A DNA stretch of 24,000 bases from Serratia sp. L9 (GCF_050632285.1 NZ_CP192591.1:5525530-5549529), one strand, 5' to 3'. Counted from the stretch's first letter, positions 10,244 through 18,422 are shown. Notes: generated by a model not told the origin, from the letters alone. Made by a program: numbers and translations.

Positions 10244-10394
10244 CCCTAAATAATTCGAGTTGCGGGAAGGCGACAAGCTCAAAGATCCCCTGGAGTTGAC
10301 TCAACTCAGCGGCTAGGGGGGCTAGGTTCACGGATGGACCGAGTCATTGAGCGCAGTTAACACACCTGCTGCTTGAAGTATGACAGGGATAAAT
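10244..10394. repeat. ERIC/IRU-type imperfect palindromic intergenic repeat
   Basis: The left end TAAATAATTCGAGTTGCGGGAAGGCGACAAG and right end CACCTGCTGCTTGAAGTATGACAGGGATAAAT match the conserved ERIC arms (TTCGAGTTGCAG.AAGGCGGCAAG ... GCAACTTGAAGTATGACGGGTAT). The centre GATCCCCTGGAG...GGCTAGGGG is diverged and longer than usual, about 150 bp in total. Confidence 0.8.
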
Positions 10395-10418
10395 GCACGC
10401 CCAGCCTGGGATAATATT

Positions 10419-11329
10419 ATGCTGTGGTTTAAGAATTTGATGGTTTACCGTTTGAGCCGCGAAGTTGCGCTAAATGCAGAAGAAATGGAAAAACAGCTCA
10501 GCGCCTTTGCTTTCACTCCTTGCGGTAGCCAGGATATGGCAAAAACCGGCTGGGTTTCCCCGATGGGCTCTCATAGCGACGCACTGACGCATTCGGTTAA
10601 TGGTCAGATCATGATCTGCGCGCGTAAAGAAGAGAAGATCCTGCCCTCTCCGGTGCTTAAACAGGAATTACAGGCGAAGATCGAAAAGCTGGAAGGTGAA
10701 CAACACCGCAAGCTGAAAAAACCGAGAAAGACTCCCTGAAAGATGAAGTGCTGCACAGCCTGTTGCCGCGCGCCTTCAGCCGCTTTAACCAGACTTATAT
10801 GTGGATCGACACCGTTAACGATCTGATTATGGTGGATGCCGCCAGTGCCAAGCGCGCCGAAGATATGCTGGCGTTGCTGCGTAAAAGCCTGGGTTCACTG
10901 CCGGTAGTGCCGTTGACTATGGAAAGCCCGATCGAACTGACCCTCACTGAATGGGTGCGTTCTGGCGAGCTGCCCGCCGGTTTTATCATTCAGGATGAGG
11001 CCGAACTTAAGGCGATCCTGGAAGAAGGCGGCGTGATCCGCTGCAAGAAACAGAACCTGATCAGCGATGAAATCGCAGTGCATATTGAAGCAGGCAAGCT
11101 GGTGACCAAGCTGGCGGTAGATTGGCAGGAGCGCATTCAACTGATGCTGGCCGACGACGGCTCACTCAAGCGCCTGAAGTTTGCCGATACCCTGCGCGAT
11201 CAGAACGATGATATTGATCGTGAGGATTTCGCCCAGCGTTTCGATGCCGACTTTATCCTGATGACCAGCGAACTGGCCGCGTTGATCAGCAACACCATTG
11301 AAGCCTTGGGTGGCGAAGCTCAGCGCTAA
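10419..11329 (+). pseudogene. rdgC: Recombination-associated protein RdgC, frameshifted as sequenced by -1 in an A6 run
   Basis: [15 protein letters not shown]...EQHRKLKK matches E. coli RdgC. After the A6 run at 10716-10721 the +1 frame reads [22 protein letters not shown].. to the canonical C-terminus LGGEAQR. 911 nt plus 1 makes 304 codons, or 303 aa as in E. coli. Confidence 0.93.
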
Positions 11330-11496
11330 AACTGACCAATTCCCTCTCCTTCACGAAGAGGGTGGGTCAAGTAAAAACAGACGGGGATAAGTACAAATAC
11401 CCTATGGATTTCATGTTGGCCGCGGCATCTATCCCTCCCTGTACAACACAGCGAATCGCGCTAATAATGCTGCGGCCTGAAAAACGACGGGTATTT

Positions 11497-11787
11497 TTAC
11501 TTACTTAAGTAACGACACAAATACGCCGTCGCATCGGCTACTTGCAGGTTAAATTCACTCTGCCCAGGTACGAAGAACTTTTCACCTGGGGTAAATACTT
11601 GCCAATCCGGTGCACCCGGCAGCAGCACTTTCAGTGCTCCGGTGATCACCGTCATCTCTTCCGGTTGCGCGGTACTGAAAGTGTACTCACCTTCTTCCAT
11701 TACCCCGACGCTGGTACGACCGATGCTGCTACTATCGTAACCGATAGACTTCACTTTCCCGCCAAAATACTCATTCACTTTCAGCAT
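11497..11787 (-). CDS. ppnP: Pyrimidine/purine nucleoside phosphorylase PpnP (YaiE)
   Basis: [58 protein letters not shown]... is collinear with E. coli YaiE and ends in YLCRYL. Confidence 0.93.
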   Translation of the reverse strand: MLKVNEYFGGKVKSIGYDSSSIGRTSVGVMEEGEYTFSTAQPEEMTVITGALKVLLPGAPDWQVFTPGEKFFVPGQSEFNLQVADATAYLCRYLSK

Positions 11788-11904
11788 AGACTGGCACCCG
11801 CGTAATCATCTTTATGGAACCCCCATATTGGGGGATGAAAATGGGTCTGTCACTGATTTTTCTTGCGAAATGCGATCGCCACGTGCGGTAAAGCATGAGC
11901 GGGA

Positions 11905-12138
11905 TCAAACAATCAGCTCGGTGGCCAGCTTGGCCAGCAGCACGTTGGAAAACCGCAGCGCAATTCCCCGTTTCCCCTGCAAAAATCCCGCTCTTGTCGG
12001 GTAACCAGTGCAATCGATCACCAGTGCCGCAGCCCGGCACGACCGAGTCGCTACAGATAGCGACACTGACTACCGGGGCCGCTGTAGCGGTTGAAGGTTG
12101 CAGAATACTGTTGAAGTGAAGCCGGTTTGCGCCGGCCA
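11905..12138 (-). pseudogene. aroM: aroM remnant (C-terminal third only, with an in-frame TAG)
   Basis: A single minus-strand frame reads WPAQTGFTSTVFCNLQPLQRPR*SVSLSVATRSCRAAALVIDCTGYPTRAGFLQGKRGIALRFSNVLLAKLATELIV*. It is collinear with the E. coli AroM C-terminus (..LPAQ..PVFSLGNP..DVIMLDCLGF..LLSNVLIARLAAELLV). The TAG lies at 12072-12070. Only about 370 bp exist between yaiA and ppnP, whereas an intact aroM needs about 680 bp. Confidence 0.55.
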
Positions 12139-12157
12139 TTTATGGTTACACCGCAGG

Positions 12158-12355
12158 TTATTCGCTCAGGGTTTCATCCTCGTAACGCCGTTTAGCGTCC
12201 AGGGCCTCCCGCTCGGTTTCATGCTCGCTGATCAGTGAATTGGGCTTCGGATGGTCAGCCCGCAGTTCATACCAGCGAACCTGCTTGCCCACTTCACCTT
12301 TGTCTACAACCTCAATACGTGCCGTTCTTGGATAGGGAGGTTTACTCGGCATAAC
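12158..12355 (-). CDS. yaiA: YaiA family small protein
   Basis: [59 protein letters not shown] matches E. coli YaiA (MPTKPPYPR...[18 protein letters not shown]...KKRYED). I prefer the internal ATG at 12355 over the ORF-track start at 12394. Confidence 0.9.
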   Translation of the reverse strand, partial: VMPSKPPYPRTARIEVVDKGEVGKQVRWYELRADHPKPNSLISEHETEREALDAKRRYEDETLSE

Positions 12356-12411
12356 GTTCTCCTGTGTGGTTAACCTGCAATTAAGTATAGGCAATCACCT
12401 AAGAATGCCAG

Positions 12412-12810
12412 TTACTGGCGCGATCCCAGATCGCGGTCCTCATGTTGCCCAACCAATAGCTGGGTCAACTCAACACAGGATTGGATTTTGCCATTACGCA
12501 CAGTGAAATGGGCCAACACCCTAATCTGGCTCTGGCTGCCATCGTGCTTTTCAACATTCACCAGATGATGCGTTAAAACAGCGTCCCCCTCAGCCACTAT
12601 CGCCAGGATCTCCAGCGTCATGCTATGGGTGATCTGTTTAAGTAACGCCATATGTTGAAGGAACTGTTCGAAATTCAGCGTATTTCCATCCACCTTCTGG
12701 CAATAATCGCGGCTGAACAGTTCGCTAATCAACAGGGGTTGGTGCTTGGGATTGCCGACAACCTGCTGCAAAGCAGTTTGGACAACATCGCAAGAGGGGC
12801 AAGCAGTCAT
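12412..12810 (-). CDS. NTF2-like / SnoaL-like family protein (hypothetical)
   Basis: 132-aa ORF with coding-like composition. Its size and pattern (..DYCQKVDG..FEQF...AEGDAVLTHH...HFTVRNGKI) are typical of the SnoaL/NTF2 fold. It is divergent from an AraC regulator. The family call comes from memory of the pattern, not from a search. Confidence 0.5.
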   Translation of the reverse strand: MTACPSCDVVQTALQQVVGNPKHQPLLISELFSRDYCQKVDGNTLNFEQFLQHMALLKQITHSMTLEILAIVAEGDAVLTHHLVNVEKHDGSQSQIRVLAHFTVRNGKIQSCVELTQLLVGQHEDRDLGSRQ

Positions 12811-12910
12811 ATTTTTCTCCGGTAATCACATCGCCCGAAGAGCATAACGCTGACTGACAGTGGCATAATAACCACATAAAGACATTCAATAACGCTAATC
12901 GGCCAATCTT

Positions 12911-13654
12911 ATGCAACTGCACAGCGAACGCTTACTGTACGACAAAAAGCATCTGACCCCTTGGCATCAACATCAGCAAGGGCAGATTTATCTGTTGACC
13001 CACGGCATGATTATGTTGGAAACATCAGGACAGCAGTGGGCAATGACCGCGGGTAATATTGGCTGGTTACCGCCCCGTTGCCCCCATCAGGCGCTGGCTT
13101 GCGGCAAGGTGATCGGCTGGAGCCTCTATCTCCCTGAGAAGTATTGCCACCTACTGGCAACGGCTCCACGCCTGACCGTGGCCAACCCCTTGAGCCTGGC
13201 GCTGGTTGAACGCCTGGCGCAATCTTCCTCGCCACTCGACAATGCGCAACAACGCTTGTTGGAGGTTTTGCTAGATGAGATGCAATCCGAAGAGGCCAAG
13301 CCGTTGCAACTGCCGCTGCCGCAAGATGCGCGGCTATTGAAAATTGCGTATGCGTTATTGAGCGAACCCGCTCATCTTCGCCAGCAGGGTGAATGGGCAG
13401 CCTGGGCAGGTTTGAGCCCTCGCACCCTCAGCCGACGCTTTATGCACGAGACCGGTGTCAGTTTTGCCCGTTGGCGACAACAGGCTAAGGTGATCCGCTC
13501 GCTGGAGGCGCTAGCGGCAGGCAAGCCCGTCGCCAACGTTGCCAGTGAATTCGGCTATGAAAATGTCAGCGCCTATATTGCCGCTTTCCGCCTGCGTTTT
13601 GGTAAGACCCCAGGGCTCTATTTTACTCAACGTCAGCCAGCGACGCCGCAGTGA
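12911..13654 (+). CDS. AraC/XylS-family transcriptional regulator with N-terminal cupin-like domain
   Basis: 247 aa. The C-terminal double HTH is WAAWAGLSPRTLSRRFMHETGVSFARWRQQAKVIRSLEALAAGKPVANVASEFGYENVSAYIAAFRLRFGKTPG. The N-terminus is cupin-like (WHQHQQGQIYLL..G). Confidence 0.85.
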   Translation: MQLHSERLLYDKKHLTPWHQHQQGQIYLLTHGMIMLETSGQQWAMTAGNIGWLPPRCPHQALACGKVIGWSLYLPEKYCHLLATAPRLTVANPLSLALVERLAQSSSPLDNAQQRLLEVLLDEMQSEEAKPLQLPLPQDARLLKIAYALLSEPAHLRQQGEWAAWAGLSPRTLSRRFMHETGVSFARWRQQAKVIRSLEALAAGKPVANVASEFGYENVSAYIAAFRLRFGKTPGLYFTQRQPATPQ

Positions 13655-13712
13655 GAAAGCCCTGGCAATATAACCTGAATAGTGAGCACCGGATTGTGCA
13701 CCCAAAGGCGGT

Positions 13713-14237
13713 TTACTTTACCGTTTCGCGCGGCAATACCGCCAGGATCTCCTCTATCACCTGCTGGAGATTGGCACTGGCATCTATGATATGGTGTGCG
13801 GCTTCCTGATACAGCGCTTCGCGCGCTGCCAGCACTTCCAGCATTTCTTCGGCGATGGGTCGCCCGGTCAGCGTGGGGCGTTGGCCCTCTTCCGGGTATT
13901 CTTCCAAGCGCTTTGCCAATACGCTGGCTGGCGCCCGCAAGTAGATCACCGTCCCCTGCTGGCGCATGAACCGCCGGTTCTCTTCCGCCAGGATCGCCCC
14001 GCCGCCGGTGGCAACTATGGTTGACGATTGTGTCACCGCCTGCAGGGTCATGGTTTCACGACGACGAAAACCCAGCCAGCCTTCTTGTGCAACCATTTCC
14101 GCCACGCTCATTTGCGTTGTCTGCTGCATAAACAGGTCAGTATCGACAAACTGATAACCCAGTGTCTGCGCCAATGCGCTCCCTACCGTGGTTTTTCCTG
14201 CTCCACGAGCGCCTACCATAAAAATGGTTTGTGTCAT
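13713..14237 (-). CDS. aroL: Shikimate kinase II
   Basis: [39 protein letters not shown]... carries a Walker A motif and is 174 aa, as in E. coli AroL. I used the start at 14237 instead of the ORF-track start at 14288. Confidence 0.95.
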   Translation of the reverse strand: MTQTIFMVGARGAGKTTVGSALAQTLGYQFVDTDLFMQQTTQMSVAEMVAQEGWLGFRRRETMTLQAVTQSSTIVATGGGAILAEENRRFMRQQGTVIYLRAPASVLAKRLEEYPEEGQRPTLTGRPIAEEMLEVLAAREALYQEAAHHIIDASANLQQVIEEILAVLPRETVK

Positions 14238-14344
14238 TACGGGTTGTCCCTTTTGCGGTGACTTGAATGCATGGGTTTGCCTGCGCACGTGCTGGCAGGC
14301 AGATTAAACGCTGGCATTATGACTGCATCATACCGCCCTCAATC

Positions 14345-14384
14345 CGTATTTCAATCTTTACGATAGTGTAAATTCAATAGAACA
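14345..14384 (-). promoter_or_regulatory. Two adjacent TyrR-box-like 18-mers upstream of aroL
   Basis: The minus strand reads TGTTCTATTGAATTTACA (14384..14367) and CGTAAAGATTGAAATACG (14362..14345). Both keep the G-N14-C spacing of the TyrR consensus TGTAAA-N6-TTTACA. The first has a perfect right half. E. coli aroL is TyrR-regulated. Confidence 0.4.
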
Positions 14385-14666
14385 GTGACTTCAGACAACA
14401 AATTCCAGTTACGCCCGCCAACATCAGAATAACTTGTCATTGCCTATCCTGCCTGAGGGCTGGTTCATTGCTTGAGGGCGGCCATTTAAACAGATTTTCC
14501 CATCTGCAGAAACCACGGTTGCGTTACCAACGCTAAATATAATAATAATTCTCATTATCAGTTTCAACAAAATGCAATTATCCCCTTGGCTAATTACCTG
14601 GCTAACGCCGTGAAAACAGGGCATTAATAATCAAGAAAACCGTCGCCTTCCTTAAAGCTGGCAGGC

Positions 14667-14816
14667 TATACCCCATAAATTTCAAGCTGGCCATTCAAGC
14701 GCATCCTTACGCCTACGGCATATGCGCCTCCCGATACCGCACAGCCAGGAAGCGATTAGAATGGCGGTAACAACGCGGTAGCTTGCAAGGCAACGGCTAT
14801 AAATTGATGGAATATC
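14667..14816. repeat. Diverged ERIC-like imperfect palindromic unit
   Basis: The left arm TATACCCCATAAATTTCAAGCTGGCCATTCAAGC and the reverse complement of the right arm GCTTGCAAGGCAACGGCTATAAATTGATGGAATA align at roughly 70% by eye. Both arms resemble the arms of the ERIC copy at 10244-10394 (ATAAAT..TTC.AG.TG / GCTTG.AAG...ACGG.TATAAAT). Confidence 0.4.
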
Positions 14817-14829
14817 TCAGGGGGTTAAT

Positions 14830-15291
14830 ATGACACAACGAATTGTTACACTGGCCGAGTGCCCACAGTTTGTCGATGTTTGCGCTGCCTGGGCATTTGG
14901 CCAATGGGGTTCGCAACGTGGCGGCACACTGGAACGCACACGCCAGCGTTTTACCTTATGCAGCAAACCCAGTGAAGATTACCTGACGCTGCTGATGATT
15001 GATGGCGAGCGCCCGCTGGGTATGGCCAGCCTGTGGCCAAGTGACGATCATCATCGAATGGATCTCTCCCCCTGGTTGGCCGGCGTATTTGTCCATCCAA
15101 ACCAGCGGCGACAAGGCATCGCCCAGCGCCTGGAGCAGGCGATTGTCAGCATGGCACAGCGGCAAGGCCATCCAATCCTGCACCTGATCACCGACGGCTC
15201 AGAGGCGCTGTATGTCCGTTGGGGTTGGCACACCATTGAGCGCCGTCAACAATATGGTGAGGAGGTGGTGATAATGGAGAAACGGCTTTGA
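14830..15291 (+). CDS. GNAT-family N-acetyltransferase
   Basis: 153 aa with the acetyl-CoA binding motif VFVHPNQRRQGIAQRL (Q/R-x-x-G-x-A). GGGG lies 6 nt upstream of the ATG. Confidence 0.8.
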   Translation: MTQRIVTLAECPQFVDVCAAWAFGQWGSQRGGTLERTRQRFTLCSKPSEDYLTLLMIDGERPLGMASLWPSDDHHRMDLSPWLAGVFVHPNQRRQGIAQRLEQAIVSMAQRQGHPILHLITDGSEALYVRWGWHTIERRQQYGEEVVIMEKRL

Positions 15292-15299
15292 AAAGAAGA

Positions 15300-15371
15300 A
15301 TGGCTGCGATAATAATCAACCCATAAACCTGTCAGGATTACCAGTCAGATGATTATCCGCAGCCATCTTTT
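15300..15371. terminator. Long-stem bidirectional terminator between GNAT and the YdgH-like gene
   Basis: ATGGCTGCGATAATAATC (15300-15317) pairs with GATGATTATCCGCAGCCAT (15348-15366): 9 perfect bp plus 8 more with one bulge and one mismatch. CTTTTAT follows on the plus strand and TCTTCTTTT on the minus strand. Confidence 0.6.
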
Positions 15372-15395
15372 ATATTACGACTCTAACGGGATCCA

Positions 15396-15671
15396 CTAAC
15401 GATAGATTTCCGCATTCCCCCGCCAATCACTGGAATCACCAGGGTTATCCAGACCAATAATACGGTAATGGGTTGCACCATCTTCGGTCGCTTTTTGCTT
15501 CAGCGCATGAATAGCATCATCTGGAGAACCACTGACCCCAGAAACTGAGACGACCCCGATGCTCTGCAGGGTACTGGCTTGGGTGTTATCGACCTGTTTG
15601 GCACCGGCGGCCAAGGTGGAGAATGAAGCGGTGGCGAGCAATGCAACTGCGATACCAGATAATAGTTTCAT
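15396..15671 (-). CDS. YdgH/BhsA/McbA-like (DUF1471) periplasmic stress protein
   Basis: 91 aa from MKLLSGIAVALLATASFSTLAAG (signal peptide). The C-terminal domain is ..SPDDAIHALKQKATEDGATHYRIIGLDNPGDSSDWRGNAEIYR. GGAG precedes the ATG at 15671. Confidence 0.75.
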   Translation of the reverse strand: MKLLSGIAVALLATASFSTLAAGAKQVDNTQASTLQSIGVVSVSGVSGSPDDAIHALKQKATEDGATHYRIIGLDNPGDSSDWRGNAEIYR

Positions 15672-15882
15672 GATTGACTCCGTTATTTTGATTAACAACT
15701 TGTGCTCAGTGATGTTAATTATGAGTTAGCTAATGAAAACGGACGTAATCCAACGTAAAGAAGCTCAATCATTGTGAGTAAAACAAGGAGAAAACAAGAA
15801 TAGGTATTTCCTGGTAGCCCAAAATTTTATTTATAGCTTTATTTTCATACTCTATTTTAAAATATCTTATGCGCAATATTAT

Positions 15883-15906
15883 GGGCCTGGCATATTTGCC
15901 AAGCCC
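15883..15906 (-). terminator. Hairpin directly after the phytase-like gene
   Basis: GGGCCTGGCA / TGCCAAGCCC pairs at 9 of 10 bp with loop TATT, 7 nt past the stop. The downstream tract on the minus strand (AUAAUAUU) is only moderately U-rich. Confidence 0.4.
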
Positions 15907-15913
15907 AATGCCT

Positions 15914-17274
15914 TTAACGCAGCGGTTGAGCAAGTGTCAGCACCCATAGCTCGCTCAATGACTCCGGTTGCTCTAATGGCCGTAGTTCGATGGTCGTTTT
16001 TACCGGTTTACCATCCAGGCTGAGCTTGCCCGGTTGAACCCACTGATAATCGGTGATCTTCTTCCCATCAGGTTCGGCATTGACCAGTTTAGCCTGCAGG
16101 CCAAAGTCATTGTCGTTAATCACCGCCAGCGTGCGGTTATCGATCAACGCCAGCCCCTCCACTTTTTCTTGCTGCCACCCCAGCTTGCGCAGGTCTACCA
16201 TTTCACGCTTTTGCGCCAATTTTACCCCCGTTTGGCCAATTGTGCGGCATTATCAAACTCCGGAGCATTGCCCTCACCATCAAACGGCGTCAGATCGCTG
16301 GCCTGGCTGAGATCCACCAGGTAGATTTTGTTCATCATTTGTTTGTCTTTATCGCTGCCCTGCTCAATCAGTAAAATATGCTGGTTGTCGACCGCAACAA
16401 TATCGCCAATCTTGGCATCTTTGGCCTTCTTATAGCTGGCGATATCGATCGGGTAGCCATACATTGCCGTTTTGCCAGTGGCGGGATCAAAACTCACCAG
16501 GCGGGTAAACTGGGCTTTGTTTTTACTCTTGCCGTCGATATCCAGCGTGCTCTGCACCGCCGCCAGGATCCGCCCATCAGGTAAGCGCGTGATACCCTCA
16601 AAACCCCGGTTAGGCTGGCGCCATTTGATGATATTCGGCAAACCACTGGCGACAGCCTGTTCCCCCGGTAACGGAGTTGGGCCATATTTGGCCAGGATTT
16701 TACCTTGGCTATCGATATGGATCAGGAAAGGGCCATACTCGTCACATAACCAGTAACCGCCTTTACCATCTGGGGTGATCCCTTCGGTATCCAGGCCACG
16801 TTTGTCACTGGCAAGCGGCTGCAGAGTATCGCTCAGTGCGACTTCATTGGTTGAGCCAATCAGGTTGCCCGGCAGTGGCAAACCACTCAGCACACCGCTC
16901 TCATCATGTAATGGGCGCGCCCGGGTTGCATTAGCCTTAGCGCCGCTGACGCGAATATCCATCAATAAAGGGACAAAAGCAGGATTGGCAAAAATCTTGG
17001 CCTCCTGTTTACCCACGGCAGGAGCATCAGCATTCGGGCCACGATCGGTAACGGTGGTCAGTAACAAATCGCCCCCTTCCACGCCATTGAATACCAACCC
17101 TGAACCAATCCCTACCGGTAATCCTTGCGGAAAATGGCTGGCGAAAACCCCGGTATAGCTCACGCGATCGCCATCCGGAAAGCTTACATTGTAGCGTGCA
17201 ACCTTAACCTCGGCCGCCTGGGACAACAGCGGCAACACAGAGGCAAAAAAGACAAAAAGTGGTTTGATTCTCAT
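15914..17274 (-). pseudogene. Secreted 'esterase-like activity of phytase' family protein, frameshifted as sequenced by -1 in a G5/C5 run
   Basis: Signal peptide MRIKPLFVFFASVLPLLSQAAE. Family-typical motifs are GLDTEGITPD, NRGFEGITRL and EGLALIDNRTLAVINDNDFG. ORFs 16222..17274 and 15914..16219 join if the C5 run at 16225-16229 is C6 (..AKRGVKLAQKREMVDL..). 1361 nt plus 1 makes 454 codons. Confidence 0.75.
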
Positions 17275-17311
17275 GGTATTAGCTCATTGTAAGAGGAAGG
17301 AACAACCCGTA

Positions 17312-17345
17312 AGCCTAATAACTTGCCATGACATTATTATGACAT
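17312..17345 (-). promoter_or_regulatory. Predicted PhoB-dependent promoter (Pho box plus -10) of the phytase-like gene
   Basis: The minus strand reads ATGTCAT-AATA-ATGTCAT (17345..17328), which is 16/18 to the consensus CTGTCAT-A(A/T)A(T/A)-CTGTCA(C/T). A 10-nt spacer follows, then TAGGCT (17317..17312, TAnnnT). The geometry is the same as the phoB promoter in this window, and it lies about 40-70 nt upstream of the ATG at 17274. Confidence 0.6.
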
Positions 17346-17716
17346 CCGCTCTAAACCACATGAGCACCCTGAATAAAGAATTTATAGCAAATAGAAATAA
17401 ACAATCAACTCGCGAATATTGAATGATAAAAACCAATTGAAACACGCATGACTTACGTATGAAAAATATAAATTTAGGAATTTACCTGAGCGGCACTAAG
17501 ATAATTACTCATTTGGTAGATAAAAAACCATCAAATTAATAGTATTTTCTTAAAATAACCCCTTACGCATAGACAAAATAAAAAGATAGGGATTTAATAC
17601 CGGCCGTAATCGTGGGCGCGCAACAAAAGCTATGTATTGAACCCTGCATCTCAATAAAGGTGTTCTATAGTTTTTAGTGCTAACACCCGTTAGTTTTCCC
17701 CAGCAGGATGGAATCT

Positions 17717-18412
17717 ATGTCAAAACGACTTTTTGCCGAATTCTTCGGTACATTTTGGTTGGTGTTCGGCGGTTGTGGTAGCGCAGTATTGGCCGCTGCA
17801 TACCCGCAATTGGGTATTGGTTTTGCTGGTGTTGCTTTAGCCTTTGGTCTAACCGTTGTGACCATGGCTTACGCCGTCGGTCATATTTCTGGTGGCCACT
17901 TCAACCCGGCAGTAACCCTGGGATTATTTGCCGGCGGCCGTTTCCAGGCTAAAGACGTTATTCCTTATGTGATTGCTCAGGTGATTGGTGGTATTGCAGC
18001 AGCAGCAGTGCTTTATTTAATTGCCAGCGGTAAAGCAGGTTTTGATGCTACCGCCAGCGGTTTTGCTTCGAATGGATACGGTGAGCATTCACCGGATGGA
18101 TATTCTTTGCAGGCTGCTATCGTAATTGAACTCGTGCTGACCGCATTTTTCCTGATTGTTATTCATGGTGCGACAGATAAACGCGCACCGGCAGGGTTTG
18201 CACCTCTGGCAATTGGCCTGGCACTGACGCTGATCCACTTGATCAGCATCCCAGTAACCAATACCTCTGTTAACCCGGCTCGTAGTACCGCGGTGGCAAT
18301 TTTCCAGGGAACCTGGGCATTGCAACAGCTGTGGGTATTCTGGCTGGTCCCGTTAGTCGGCGGCGTTGTCGGTGGTTTGATCTACCGCGTCCTGCTGGAA
18401 GACAAGAAGTAA
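17717..18412 (+). CDS. aqpZ: Aquaporin Z
   Basis: [27 protein letters not shown]... is collinear with E. coli AqpZ at 231 aa. Both NPA motifs are present (HFNPAVT, VNPARS). I prefer the ATG at 17717 (AGGA 8 nt upstream) over 17708. Confidence 0.97.
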   Translation: MSKRLFAEFFGTFWLVFGGCGSAVLAAAYPQLGIGFAGVALAFGLTVVTMAYAVGHISGGHFNPAVTLGLFAGGRFQAKDVIPYVIAQVIGGIAAAAVLYLIASGKAGFDATASGFASNGYGEHSPDGYSLQAAIVIELVLTAFFLIVIHGATDKRAPAGFAPLAIGLALTLIHLISIPVTNTSVNPARSTAVAIFQGTWALQQLWVFWLVPLVGGVVGGLIYRVLLEDKK

Positions 18413-18422
18413 GTATTATTTT

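Noticed and set aside
10041-10331. 96-aa minus-strand ORF in the mak-rdgC intergenic region
   Set aside because: It runs through the ERIC repeat and the mak promoter region and has no RBS. ERIC elements commonly create spurious ORFs.
11771-12139. 122-aa ORF between yaiA and ppnP
   Set aside because: It overlaps the ppnP start, has no family resemblance, and lies in a different frame from the one that reproduces the AroM C-terminus. I interpret it as a chance ORF over an aroM remnant.
14332-14481. 10-bp inverted repeat TTGAGGGCGG (14341..14332 on the minus strand, 14472..14481 on the plus strand), plus a TGAGGGC copy at 14454, bracketing the aroL regulatory region
   Set aside because: The flanks show no further similarity. 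My rough estimate gives a non-negligible chance (order 0.1) of one such 10-mer pair in a 540-bp intergenic region. That is not enough to call a MITE end or an operator.
14424-14624. 66-aa minus-strand ORF in the aroL-GNAT intergenic region
   Set aside because: It has no Shine-Dalgarno sequence (GTTTTCTTGATTATTA precedes the ATG), AT-rich odd composition and no recognisable motif.
14830-15291. GNAT gene as the toxin of a GNAT/RHH toxin-antitoxin pair
   Set aside because: There is no small upstream or downstream antitoxin ORF. The upstream 190 bp is the ERIC-like palindrome, with only a 6-codon ORF. The protein also lacks obvious similarity to the tRNA-acetylating toxin subgroup as far as I can judge.
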